The position numbers and the translations under genes are program-made. DNA of 64,000 bases from the human T2T-CHM13v2.0 reference genome, Homo sapiens, in NCBI RefSeq assembly GCF_009914755.1, contig NC_060932.1. One strand, 5' to 3'. Position 1 is the stretch's first letter, and the number at the start of each line of letters is the position of its first letter. Positions 42,031-53,168 of this stretch are shown here, piece by piece. The notes under the pieces are model-generated. The model searched no databases. It was not told the origin of the DNA and was given only the letters and a program-made list of their open reading frames with translations.

Positions 42031-43694
42031 CACCCAATGGCACTCTTCTGATTTTCAATATATTACGCTTTCAGCAAGCATGATGTATAACTAATCCTTC
42101 TGGGGGCAGAAAAGAAAGGCTGTGAAGTAGAGGCTCAAACTTTTGAAAGTGATTTTGCTTTCCCTGTCTGAGATAACCCATCTGTAGAACAGGAAGATAC
42201 ACTTACTTTTAGCCAGGAAAAAAGTATATTTTATTTCCAACTCCCTTCTTCCTTCTAAGAAGGGTGTTACATTGTCAAAGGTGGTGAGGATGCAAATTGT
42301 AGCTAAGATGGAAGAAAAAGAACTAACATTAATGAACTTGGAGAGATATGGTGTCTGGGGAAGATAATTGAGACCGAAGGGGAAGAGAGACATAGGCAGT
42401 ATGTAGCCAGGGGAAGAGATGTTATGGAAAAGAGCATGGTCAACTAAAAGTGTTTATGAAGTATTTTGGGTGATGTGTGATATAACCTAACTTTCCCTTC
42501 CATCTCCAATATAAAATATTCAACTAAAAAATTTAAAACTCACTAAGAATGGAGCTGATGTGGGAAGGGAGAGAGGTGGAGTGAAGAGAGTTGCTAAGCC
42601 CTGCTTAGGTGATGCAGACACAGGATTAGAAGTAGGGATGAGAATAGAAACAGCACCTATGGAGAAATTGTCACATCCAGGTAACATGAAAATGAAGGAA
42701 GGAGCTATAGAACTGTCACCCTGTCTTCCAGCACTATGGCTAGATCAGCCCTCAACAGGTGGTAAGCTGTGTTGCCTCAGTCTGGGGAGTCTCAGGCTAA
42801 GTTCAGGCCGGACCCTAGAAGAGTTTCAAGGAAGGAATTAGGATTAAGAAAAGAGCAGACCATGATCTCCACAGAAAAAGGATGTGTTTTGTGCATTTCT
42901 ATAACTTCCATACTTAAAGTGTCTGATTAATTGCCTGGACTCAATGAGCTTTTGGTGAAGGAATTAATAAATGAATCAAATAAACACATGAGTTAATTGT
43001 TTAGTTTGAACAAAAGTGGCCTACCTGTCCATTGGCTTCAGAATGGTTTCATGGAGATGGACAGCAACCCAGAATTCTCAGAAATGCAGCCAGTGTGGCT
43101 GCCTGCGTCACCTCTTTGGTTTTGGAAAGATTACCCTTCCTAACACTCAAGAGTTTGATTTTAAATTCCCTGTACACATATGGGGAGATAGTACATAAAC
43201 ATACTGATCAACTAAGCTAAGCACCTAAGATTCAGAAGGGATTTACTGTCCCAGAGGCTAACACATTTAACCGAGAGCTCTCATCCCATCCTAGGCAGCT
43301 TTCCTAAGGATCAGATAACATCCCACACAATTTGTAGAGCTTCTTCCTTAAACGTGCTGTGAATCCCACCCACCACACATGCCACTAGCTATAAGACTGT
43401 GGGTAGGTCACTTCTCTTCATCATGCCTCAGTTTTCCGGAGCAATGTCCCCCATTGCTCTAGTAGTCTATGGTTCTGTGAAACTTCATTGGGTTCTTTCT
43501 GCTGCACTAAACTACAGAATCTAACCTGTGGTCTGAAGATTCCAGCCCCAGGAATAGATGTCACTTTTTAACCCATAAAATCACTGTGCTTCCATAAAAT
43601 CATTTTATACACTGATATTCGGAAGAGTAAGTGTCTGTTTGGAAAGGGTTGTCAACCACAAATGTGGAAAACAGACAAAGAAGGTAATTTGTAT

Positions 43695-43900
43695 TAAGTA
43701 CTTTCAGCCAAGCACTCTGTCAGGCAAGCTGTACACATCATTTCATTTAATCTCTCCTAATAGCTCTGCAAGGTTGGCATAACTGTTTCCATTTTACAAA
43801 TTGGAGAAACTGAGGCTGGCAGCAGGCAAGAAGCTCGTCTGAAGTCATAACAGTTGAAAAGTGACAAAGTCACTTTCAAGCCAACTTCACTTGGCACAAA
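43695..43900 (-). mobile_element. MIR
   Basis: tttcatttaatct ... ccattttacaaattggagaaactgaggct. Confidence 0.7.
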
Positions 43901-44559
43901 GACGGTGTTCTCATAACTACAGCAAGGAAAACGTATAAAAATAAAGTTTCTCAGAATGTGATTAGCAATGTGATAAGCAGCATCCTGTGAGTACACAGGC
44001 TGTATCCCATTATTCTCCTACCCTCACTCAGTTCCGCAAGAAGACAATCGGCCTCCTTTAGTGTGACCACAGAAATAGAAAAGGCCATATTTCCTAATAT
44101 TTGTGTTAGGAGCTGATGATAAATGATCATGCAACTAATAACACATCGATCTTACTTCACATGTCTCGATTTATCTCGTAATTTGGTTAAAATAAGAGAT
44201 GGTTCAGGAATATTTCTAAAAATATCAATAAGCCCTGATGTTCTGACTAATAATCAAAAAACCTCATAAGATGAGTTTAGGACCAAATGCTTTTGTGCTA
44301 CTTTCCAAGAATTTCAAGATTAAATCTTCTTGCAGGAGTATCATCAGTAGTTCCAAAAAATATTTTTTTTTGGCTTGAATAAAGCCAGTAAAGGAAAGTT
44401 TTCAAAAATAAAAACCCCTGGCATGGGTACATGATTCTACAGTTTACAAAGTCTTCTCATGCTGATTATCTCATTTGAGTCCCTCCAAGCTATCTAAATC
44501 TGTCAATCTAAACAATCTGTTAAAAGTACAGGAATTAATGACCCCTGATATATTTGAAT

Positions 44560-44720
44560 ACAGTGAGCAATATTAATTGAGAGCCTGGTGTGTGCCAAGT
44601 TCTTTGCTAAGGGCTGTAGACACAGTAGTGAACTAAACACACACAGTCCCTGCTCCCACAGAGCTTCCAGTCTAGTCATTACACAAACATTACACACAGT
44701 CGTTACACAAATAAATATAC
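44560..44720 (-). mobile_element. L2 3' end
   Basis: tattaattgagagcctggtgtgtgccaag ... cagtccctgctcccacagagcttccagtctag. Confidence 0.75.
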
Positions 44721-45762
44721 GAATGAGAGCCAGCATATTATGAAACTCATCCAGTAGAAAAAGCTGGCAACCTCCAGTAAGCAAACCTCCAGTCTTCTGT
44801 CTTCAAGATTACTAATGTTACTTACATGGTTATTTCATTTATTAGAGTCTTGATTTTTCACATTTGTAAAACAGCATGATGTTGGTACCTACCTTATCTG
44901 GTCATGGTGGGGATTAAAGAAGATAACACATGTGAACATTCACCAAACAGTAGGGGCTCAAGAACTGTTTCTTCCCTTCTCCACCCTGACCTCCCCCTTC
45001 CCTTCCAAAGCTCAACTTTGGTGACAGGACTTCCCTGCCTACCCCATCCCTCACCTACTGAGATATCTTTTCTCTCAACTGCAATAGATCTTGAGATCTT
45101 GATGTCTACTTCACTCCTTTAAGAATTAAAAAATAACTTATTTTTATTGTTTTCTTATTTTTCTTGTTATAAAAGCAATACGCTCTCATTGCAAAAAAAA
45201 ATATGATACTATAGAGATGGCAAAAAAAGGAAGATAGAAAAATGAAGCAATTGCCTTCAACTCAGAGATAACCACTCTATTTGTATTTTATGTATTAATA
45301 CAACCTAACATATTTCTAAGCATATTTTCATTAAAAATGTTTTCATAACGATTTTATAATATGGTTTTCTGCTACCTACTATATCATAAGCATCTTTCCA
45401 CTGAAATAAATATGCTTTTGCATTATTTATACTATTCCATTGCATGGATGGAGGCTATCATTTTCTTAATCAATCTTAATATTTGCATGTTTAGGTTGTG
45501 TACAACTAATGTTGCACTGAATATTTATTCTCATAGCCATTTTTTGTTTACATATTCTGAATTCTTTTTGTTAGTATTCACTCAGCTCTTTTGACACAAA
45601 GCATTGTCCTGATCATAAATTCCATTAATTTATGGTCCATCTATGTCTTGTACTGCTTAAATTCTTCCTAGAACCCAGAATGATTCCTCGAAAATTAAAA
45701 TTTATCAAGTTCAGACTGATGAACCTGAATATCCCATAGACTTTCTCTTTGAAGAGCTAAAG

Positions 45763-45970
45763 CTGTGCTGTCCCATGTGCTAGCCACTAGCCATGTGTGT
45801 GACTGTTTAAATTTTTAAAATTTGAAATTAAATAAAACTGAAGATTTAGTTCTTTGGCCACACCTGTCACATTTTGAATGCTCAATGGCCACATGTAGGG
45901 GTGTGCCACATTGGACAGTGCAGCCGTAGAACATTTCCATCATCCCAGCAAGTGCTGCCGGATAGTGCTG
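45763..45970 (-). mobile_element. MER3 (hAT-Charlie)
   Basis: ctgtgctgtccc..tagccactagccatgtg ... ttggacagtgcag..tagaacatttccatcat ... gatagtgctg. Confidence 0.85.
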
Positions 45971-47119
45971 GTCCACAGGGATAGTGGTTATAAATTTGCT
46001 TTGAAAAAAAACAGATTAAAGAAGTCACTCCTGCTCCCCCATCCAATTCTCTTTTAGGCAGAACCATAATGACTCTAAAACATAGATCCAGCTCTCTGTG
46101 ATCTCTGTTTATAACTCTTCTATGGGATAAAACCCATGCTCTTCCTCTTGCCTCTCCCATCAGCTGAATCTCCTTGTCTCCCTCCTCTCCTTCTCCTCCA
46201 CCACATTGAACAACTCCACTCACACTTCTGTGCTTAAGCAAATCATGCCATCTGCCCAGAAGACCCTTCCTTTCTGTCTGTGATTAGCTAAATTCCATTT
46301 GTCCTTTAAGACTTGGCTTAAGCAAATGCTTCCTCTGGCAAGTCTCTCTGGACACTTCCAGGCTGTGCTAAGTTCCCTTCCACTGCAGTCCACAGCAATG
46401 AAGACATATTTACATTACGCTAAAGAAGTTTAAGCCTTAGGCCCGTTCCACGTTTCTGGCAGAAGCTCTAACAGTGCATTCGCATACTTGTATATTTTTT
46501 GTAAAATTGGCAAAAATAAGATATTTTAACTGGAATCCTTTAGGAAACTCTTCCCTCTCATTATATTTCCCTTCATGTCAATGGCATTGCTATGGCTGCA
46601 GCATTTGCAGGATAGCTTTGTGGAAGGTGAGTTGGTAATGTGTCTCTTTATCTGCAAATGGAGAGACATTTCATGTCAATTAAATAAGTAAGAAATGACA
46701 GAGTCCTGATGATAATATATATATAAAGGTACCTTTGTCATTTTTAATTTAGATATTAAATAATGGATACAAAGTTCACATAAAAAATTGAATATGAAAT
46801 AACAGCAATTCATAAGAGTGACAAGAATTGGTACAAATTATTCTGACCTCAAGAAGTAAATTGCCAGAAAAAAAAAACAATCAGACCATACCTAAGGTAG
46901 TAAATTCACTAAGAAAACATTTTTAATAGAGTAATCAATAGGCTCTCAGATAGTTTGGTAGTCCAATTAATAAAGAGGAGTGAATCCTATAAACACATTG
47001 GAAAAATATTTATGTTCCCTCCTGGTTTAACTGACACTGACAAAGCAATAAATTCATAATACACCACTAAACAAGGCAACAAGGACAAACTTGTTAATAA
47101 ATGTCATCAGTGAAAAGAG

Positions 47120-47610
47120 CGTGGTAGGCTAAATTGGCTACCCCAAAAAGGTGCTCATTTTGTAATGCCCAGAACCTGTGAATATGTTCTCTTACATCAC
47201 CAAAAGACCCTTGCAGATGTTATTAAGGTTATAGCCTTAAAATGGGGAGATTATCCTGGATTATCTGGATGGACCTAATCTAATCACATGAGTCTTAAGA
47301 ATGGAAAACAGAGACAGAAGAGTAGGTCATGAAAGGATACATGAAAGAGAACACTGTGGACTTTAAAGACAGAGGAACAGGATCTCTAGTCAAAGAATGT
47401 GGGTGGCCTCTAGAATCTGGGAAATGCAAAGAAATGGCTTCTCCTCTAGAGCTTCCAGAAAGGAATGCAGCCCTGCTAGAACACTGATTTCCCTCCAGTA
47501 ATATCTGTGTTAGACTTCTGACCCACGGGACTAAAAGGTAATAAATGTGCATGGTTTTAAGTCATTACATTTATGGTAATTTGCTAAAGCAACAGTAGAA
47601 AGCTATTAAA
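47120..47610 (+). mobile_element. MLT1D/E-like solo LTR
   Basis: gtggtaggct ... gggagattatcctggattatctgg ... tatggtaatttgcta; TSD aagag at 47115-47119 and 47611-47615. Confidence 0.87.
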
Positions 47611-47951
47611 AAGAGAGTTTAGAATTTGTCAGTACATAGAAATGCCCTGAAACCTGATTGCTCATGTAAGAAGAAAACTTCAGAAATTTTTCAAAATTGG
47701 ATAACAATTCTAAAAATTTACAAGACTTATTAATGGGCTCCGAGGCTGAAGCTTTTCTAAGCTATTAGTTATGTAAAATAAAAATACCTTGTGCATTGAT
47801 TTAAAGGAAGGACTGAATTATCTTTCCATTTTTCTCCAAATAAAATATTACAAAACTATTACATGTAGAAACAATCAGAGAATATACAGTCAAAAGTAAA
47901 GAAAAAATATTATAAATATGGGTCAGGCATTTAACTGATAAAAATACAGTA

Positions 47952-48306
47952 TGATATGGTCTGGCTGTGTCCACACCCAAATCTCAACTTGAATGGTAGC
48001 TCCCAGAATTCCCATATGTTGTCAGAGGGACCCAGGGGAAGGTAAATTGAATCATGGGGGCTGGTCTTTCCCGTGCTATTCTCGTGATAGTAAGTAAGTC
48101 TCACGAGATCCGATGAGTTTATCAGGGGTTTCCACTTTTTCTTCTTTCTCATCTTCTCTTGCTGCTGCCATGTAAGAGGTGCCTTTCACCTCCTGCCGTG
48201 ATTCTGAGGCCTCCCCAGCCATGTGGAACTGTAAGTCAAATTAAACCTCTTTTTCTTCCCAGTCTTGGGTATGTCTTTATCAGCAGCGTGAAAATGGACT
48301 AATACA
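47952..48306 (+). mobile_element. THE1A-like solo LTR
   Basis: tgatatggtctggctgtgtcc ... tatcaggggtttcc ... gtctttatcagcagcgtgaaaatggactaataca. Confidence 0.92.
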
Positions 48307-48345
48307 CAATCTCTGTCTTCATCTGGGAGATTTTAGGGCTATCCC

Positions 48346-48950
48346 TGTATATTAGGTTGAGTTTCCCCAGAAGCAAATCCTGAGACAGGGAGAATCCAAA
48401 CAGTTTGAGACAGGATACCAGCACCAAGAACGGCTCCACAAACAAGCAACCTATGCAGTTGCCCGAGGCCTGTGCTCAAAAGGGTTTTGCACTTAGTTTA
48501 ATGCTCTGCTATTACCATTTCGAAATTCTTAATAATTTTTCAACAAGGGCCTCACAATTTTAATTTGCACTGGATCCTGAAAATCCTGTAGCTAGTCCTG
48601 ACCACAAAATACTAGCAGGAGGGTGAGAAAATGACAGAAAGGAAGATAACTTCTAGAATGTGTTATTGGGCAAGTTGTTGCTGTGGTATCTGGAGCCCAA
48701 TCACAGTGGGGAGCTCTAGGAGTTTGCGTGGGAAATGTTTGACAGTTGTCCCATGCAACAGGTGTTTATCCTCCAACAAAATATTCATCCTTCACCACCT
48801 AGGGGTGGCAGGCTCCCAGAGGCATTAACTCCCCCACACTTCCATCCCACTACCTTCAAACATTGGGAGGAGAGGTGCAAGAGCTTGTAGTAGGAACCTG
48901 AGGCATTTACTAGAAAACTGAGTGTCAAGAAAATGTGGTTAGGTCCCCAC
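48346..48950 (-). mobile_element. LTR16-like ERVL LTR, split by MER91A
   Basis: taggttgagtttccccagaagcaaatcctgagaca ... ctggagcccaatc ... ggcattaactccc. Confidence 0.65.
48425..48600 (+). mobile_element. MER91A (hAT-Tip100)
   Basis: gtttaatgctctgct..gaaattcttaataatttttcaacaaggg..ttgcactgg..tgtagctagtcctg. Confidence 0.8.
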
Positions 48951-49314
48951 ATTGAGTGCTTCTGTTGACTTTTTGTAATTTTTAATTTGTTGTAATATCT
49001 ATTCTTATACCAAATAAATATTCAGTTTTATAAAGAATTTTCTATTTCTAATTGTCTTTTTTCTTTTAAAATACTCATTATGTATATAAGCTTCAGGTCC
49101 CATGAAACTGAATCCATCTATACCTTCATGATAAAAATTACCAGTACAATTAAAATTATTTCCTTTGCCATCTATTTCATTGGGCCAAACATATTCCTCT
49201 AGAAGTCCTTAGCTCTGAGAAGATCATGTTTTCAGCCATCACCTCCCTCACTTACAATTCAATATAAAATAACATTAGTCAAAATCAGTGCCTTCAAAGC
49301 GTCTGGTAGGGCCT

Positions 49315-49432
49315 CAGGGTATGGATTTGGAAGTTGTACACTGCACAATTCTAGGGCCCACCATTTATATCTTAGTTTCTTTGAAGAGTACCTTCTGGAA
49401 TTGTGCAGTACACAATATGCATGATAGCCCTG
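49315..49432. mobile_element. MER91B/C-like palindromic MITE
   Basis: caggg...ccctg termini; arms ttgtacactgcacaattctag (49334-49354) and ctggaattgtgcagtacacaa (49395-49415) are 18/21 complementary. Confidence 0.7.
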
Positions 49433-49579
49433 CAGACTTCTGATACCTAATGTGGCCATCAAAGTCCACTTTATTTTCTGACATTAAATGCTTATCCATT
49501 TTATTTCTGTTCCAAATATTTCCATCTCTCCCTCCACTGAGCTCTCATTGTTTTTGCGCTTCCTTTGGTAGAGTGTTTA

Positions 49580-50035
49580 CTATACTATTTTTTAATCAGT
49601 GATTTTCCCAGCTAGACTGAACTTCTGGAAAATATGGGATTTTCCGCTATTAATCTTTACATCCATAATGCTGTAGCGTCTAGTATAGTTGCCTATGTTA
49701 TCTTACTCATCATTGCATTATGCCTGAATCATAGTAAGTATTCAATAAATATTAATATCCAATAAATACTAGTTGACTGAGCATACAATAATGAGTGAAT
49801 GAACAAATGAATCTTTACATTCTATGTGTCTGTATCATTTTACCCTATTTTCCTACCTAGCACTTCTGACCATGTTTATTTAGTTATTTATTTTTTCTCT
49901 ATACCCAAAATTCATGTTCCATGAGGGTAGGGAAACTTAATGTTTTGTTTATTTATGTAATCTTATAACTGTTTGGTGCCTGGAACACTAGAAGGTGCTT
50001 GAAAAAAAAAGTTTGTATTAAATCAATAAATGAGA
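49580..50035 (+). mobile_element. Tandem L2 3' ends
   Basis: tagtaagtattcaataaatatt ... gaatgaacaaatgaat; ttccatgagggtaggga ... gtgcctggaacac. Confidence 0.6.
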
Positions 50036-50659
50036 AAACAGACTACCCAATAAACTACAATTATTCCCATTTTATGGACAAGGAATGAGGTTCTTGGAGT
50101 TAAGCAGCTAGTAATCGTCAGCACCCTTATTCAATCTCAAGTTGGTTTGACCCCAAAATGCATCCTCTTTCCATTATTCCATCCTCCCTCTCATTACAGT
50201 AAGAGTCCTCTTAACTGTACTCTCTTATTTAAGACTAACTTGGTCACTCTTAACTTGTGCACACATGTTGGCTGAGGCCCACAAACCTGAGAGCTCTAGC
50301 TAATAAGCTACATGCTATAAATCACATACTTCTGGACTCATCCATTCGGTTACATGTTCATCAAAAGTCACCTGTACATGTCTATCAAGCCAGTTCCCAC
50401 CATTTTCTCCCCTGAGAAATGGGGGTAATCATATCATTGTCCTTACAGGCTAGTTGTGACAATTAATAAGTGAATTTAGGTCAAGCACTGAGAACAGTAG
50501 AAGCCCTCAGAGTTAGCTAATATTGCATGTATGTATTTAATAAAATAATCTACAACCTGTGGAATCCGAGTATTAAAAAGGAAATTAGTGTTTCTATGAA
50601 AACTAAGTTGAATTCATTGAAAATTTTTGGTAAAGGCAAGTTGATTTTTTTTTTTAGCC

Positions 50660-50945
50660 ACTTAGGTTTTTTTTTAACTTTTATTTTAGGTTCAGGGGTA
50701 CATGTGGAGATTTGTTTTATAGGTAAATTGCATACTCAATGTTTGTTCTCACTTATAAGTGAGAATATGCAGTGTTTGGCTTTCTGTTCTTGTGTTAGTT
50801 CACTTAGGTTAATGGCCTTCAGCTCCATCCATGTTGCTGCAAAGGACATGATCTTGTTCTTTTTTATGGCTGGATAGTATTCCATGGTGTATATGTACCA
50901 CCCCAAAGAAATATACCATTTTCCTTATCCAGTCTGCCATTGATT
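50660..50945 (-). mobile_element. L1PA15/16-type 3' fragment with internal deletion (part of the transduced DNA)
   Basis: aacttttattttaggttcaggggtacatgtg ... ataggtaaattgcat | ctcaatgtt ... gctgcaaaggacatgatctt. Confidence 0.8.
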
Positions 50946-51048
50946 ACTTAGATTTTTAACATGCTCAATACATAGTTGTTATTGCTTATTAGTGTCCATA
51001 CATTTTGTTGAAAAGACTCAAACAGCAGTTTTTGTTCATTAGAGTACA

Positions 51049-51588
51049 ACCATCCCATTACTGGGTATATACCCAAAGGACTATAAATCATGCTGCTATA
51101 AAGACACATGCACACGTATGTTTATTGCGGCACTATTCACAATAGCAAAGACTTGGAACCAACCCAAATGTCCAACAATGATAGACTGGATTAAGAAAAT
51201 GTGGCACATATACACCATGGAATACTATGCAGCCATAAAAAATGATGAGTTCATGTCCTTTGTAGGGACATGGATGAAATTGGAAATCATCATTCTCAGT
51301 AAACTATCGCAAGGACAAAAAAACCAAACACCGCATGTTCTCACTCATAGATGGGAATTGAACAATGAGAACGCATGGACACAGGAAGGGGAACATCACG
51401 CTCTGGGGACTGTTGTGGGGTGGGGGGAGGGGGGAGGGATAGCATTAGGAGATATACCTAATGCTAAATGACGAGTTAATGGGTGCAGCACACCAGCATG
51501 GCACATGTATACACATGTAACTAACCTGCACATTGTGCACATGTACCCTAAAACTTAAAGTATAATAATAATAAAAAAGAAAAAAAAA
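51049..51588 (+). mobile_element. L1PA3-like 3' end (~540 bp) with poly(A)
   Basis: ORF 51118 [27 protein letters not shown]; 3'UTR atatacctaatgctaaatgacgagttaatggg. Confidence 0.95.
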
Positions 51589-52899
51589 TTGTACATAAAA
51601 GTCATTTCCTGAACATAAGTCAGAAGTCTCAATAATAAAAGGTTTTTCTGTAAACTAACATTCAAAAGAGCCTCAAACCCAAGAATGGTCTCTATGTGTG
51701 TACTCTAATGGGCAAGTTGATTTTTTAAAATTTTTGCTAAATTAATTGTTGGTAAAAACAACCATAAAATATTAGAGGAAAAAAATTATGAATAGAAGTC
51801 TAAAGTCAAATAACTTCAAAAGTATCTTTAAGCTCCTGATCCACTTAAAGGAAACTAGAACTAGAAACATGGATGATGTATTATGGGTGTTTTTGTTTGT
51901 TTGTTTTTTGTTGTTTGCCTGTTTGTTTTTGGAAAAGAAGACTAAAACCAATAAACAAACTTGGCTTTGTATCAGAATATGGGTGAGTAAATATGCAGAC
52001 ATAAGTTTTAAGTTAAAAAAATGTAGGTGTACATGTGTACTTTTATTAAATGCTTATTTCCTTTTCAAAAAAAACTCTTTTTGATTAACTTATCAAATAC
52101 AGATCCTGTTCTTGATAAATACAGGACTTCTAATACGGATGGATGCTCTAACAATCAAGTGAGTGAATAAATGAATGAATGGTTATGCATAAATGAATGA
52201 TGAAATGAATGTCTAAATAAATTGGTCAGTTCTCTTAACAAGTGACCTATTTTATATCCCACAGTGCTAACCAAGGATGAAGACTTCTGCTATTTGGCAT
52301 TCACAGAGCTTGTTGGAGCTTATAAGTAAACAAGTGTGGGGACAGCTTCTTTCGGTTTTCTCTTTCTTTTCAAGTTCCTAAAGCTCTTCTCTTCTCTGCT
52401 ATCATTTTCCCTTTCTTCACCTGCTTCTATGGATGAAAGAAACTTAGTGAAATAAAAAGCTCAATGAGATGAAAATACATCTCATAAAAACCCCCGTTAA
52501 AGAGTTTACTGAAGGGGCTTACACTCGCCTCGCTTAAATGGCCATACTTTATTCCTCCCAAGGAAATTGAACACGCTTAATCCAAAAAGAATGTAATAAC
52601 AATCAAAGAGCAAGAGGCAGGATCAGGTCGCAATCCTTTATTTTTGAAAGAGTGTTCAGGGGAAGGGATGGGAAGAAATTTATCACTAGCTGTTCTAGAG
52701 CCTTGTGAATGTCAACGTTAAATCTTCTGCCTGACTTCCTCGACCTCAGCTTGATGAGCAAAGCAAGATTCCCTGTTGAAGGGGAAACCTGTGTAGGACT
52801 GAAAATGAAAGGACTGAGGTATAAACAATGAATTTAGAATATAGCTTTACAAATAATAAGTATGTCGCATTAATGGATTTTTCTTAATTGGATGAAGCA

Positions 52900-53100
52900 A
52901 TGTAGAGAAGGAGAAAGAACATGAGACTGGGGATTGAACAGAACTGGGTCCAAATCCTGACTAACCCATTTAGTGTTCTCGTGTTCCTAGGCAGGTTATT
53001 TAGTCTCTTTGAGACTCAGTTTTCTCATCTGTTAAATTAAGATAATAATACCTGTTTGGAAAGGCTACAGTGAGGACAGGATTATATAAAATATTGAATA
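52900..53100 (+). mobile_element. MIR
   Basis: ctgggtccaaatcctgact ... ctcagttttctcatctgttaaa. Confidence 0.8.
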
Positions 53101-53168
53101 TAAATTATATATTATGAGGCCAGTCTCAAAATAGGTCCTGTTTCTTGGAAAGTCAGCATTCCTTGATT

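Larger units (their letters stand above)
46400..49122 (+). mobile_element. Zaphod-like hAT-Tip100 fossil, interrupted by several insertions
   Basis: 5' gctaaagaagtttaagccttaggccc; degenerate hAT dimerisation-like segment ~47800-47900 (gaaggactgaattatctttccatt); 3' tataagcttcaggtccc. Confidence 0.6.
50651..51710 (-). mobile_element. Composite L1-mediated insertion: inverted L1PA3-like 3' end plus transduced flank
   Basis: Perfect 16-bp TSD ggcaagttgatttttt at 50635-50650 and 51711-51726; poly(T) on the left; 12-bp inverted duplication at 51037-51048 / 51699-51710. Confidence 0.85.
50197..52135 (+). mobile_element. Tigger-like (Tigger14a-like) fossil split by the composite L1 insertion
   Basis: tgtttctatgaaaactaagttgaa (SMKTKLN, CENP-B-type HTH start) up to 50650; resumes at 51711 through atggatgatgtattatgggtgt (DDVLWV). 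Confidence 0.6.
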
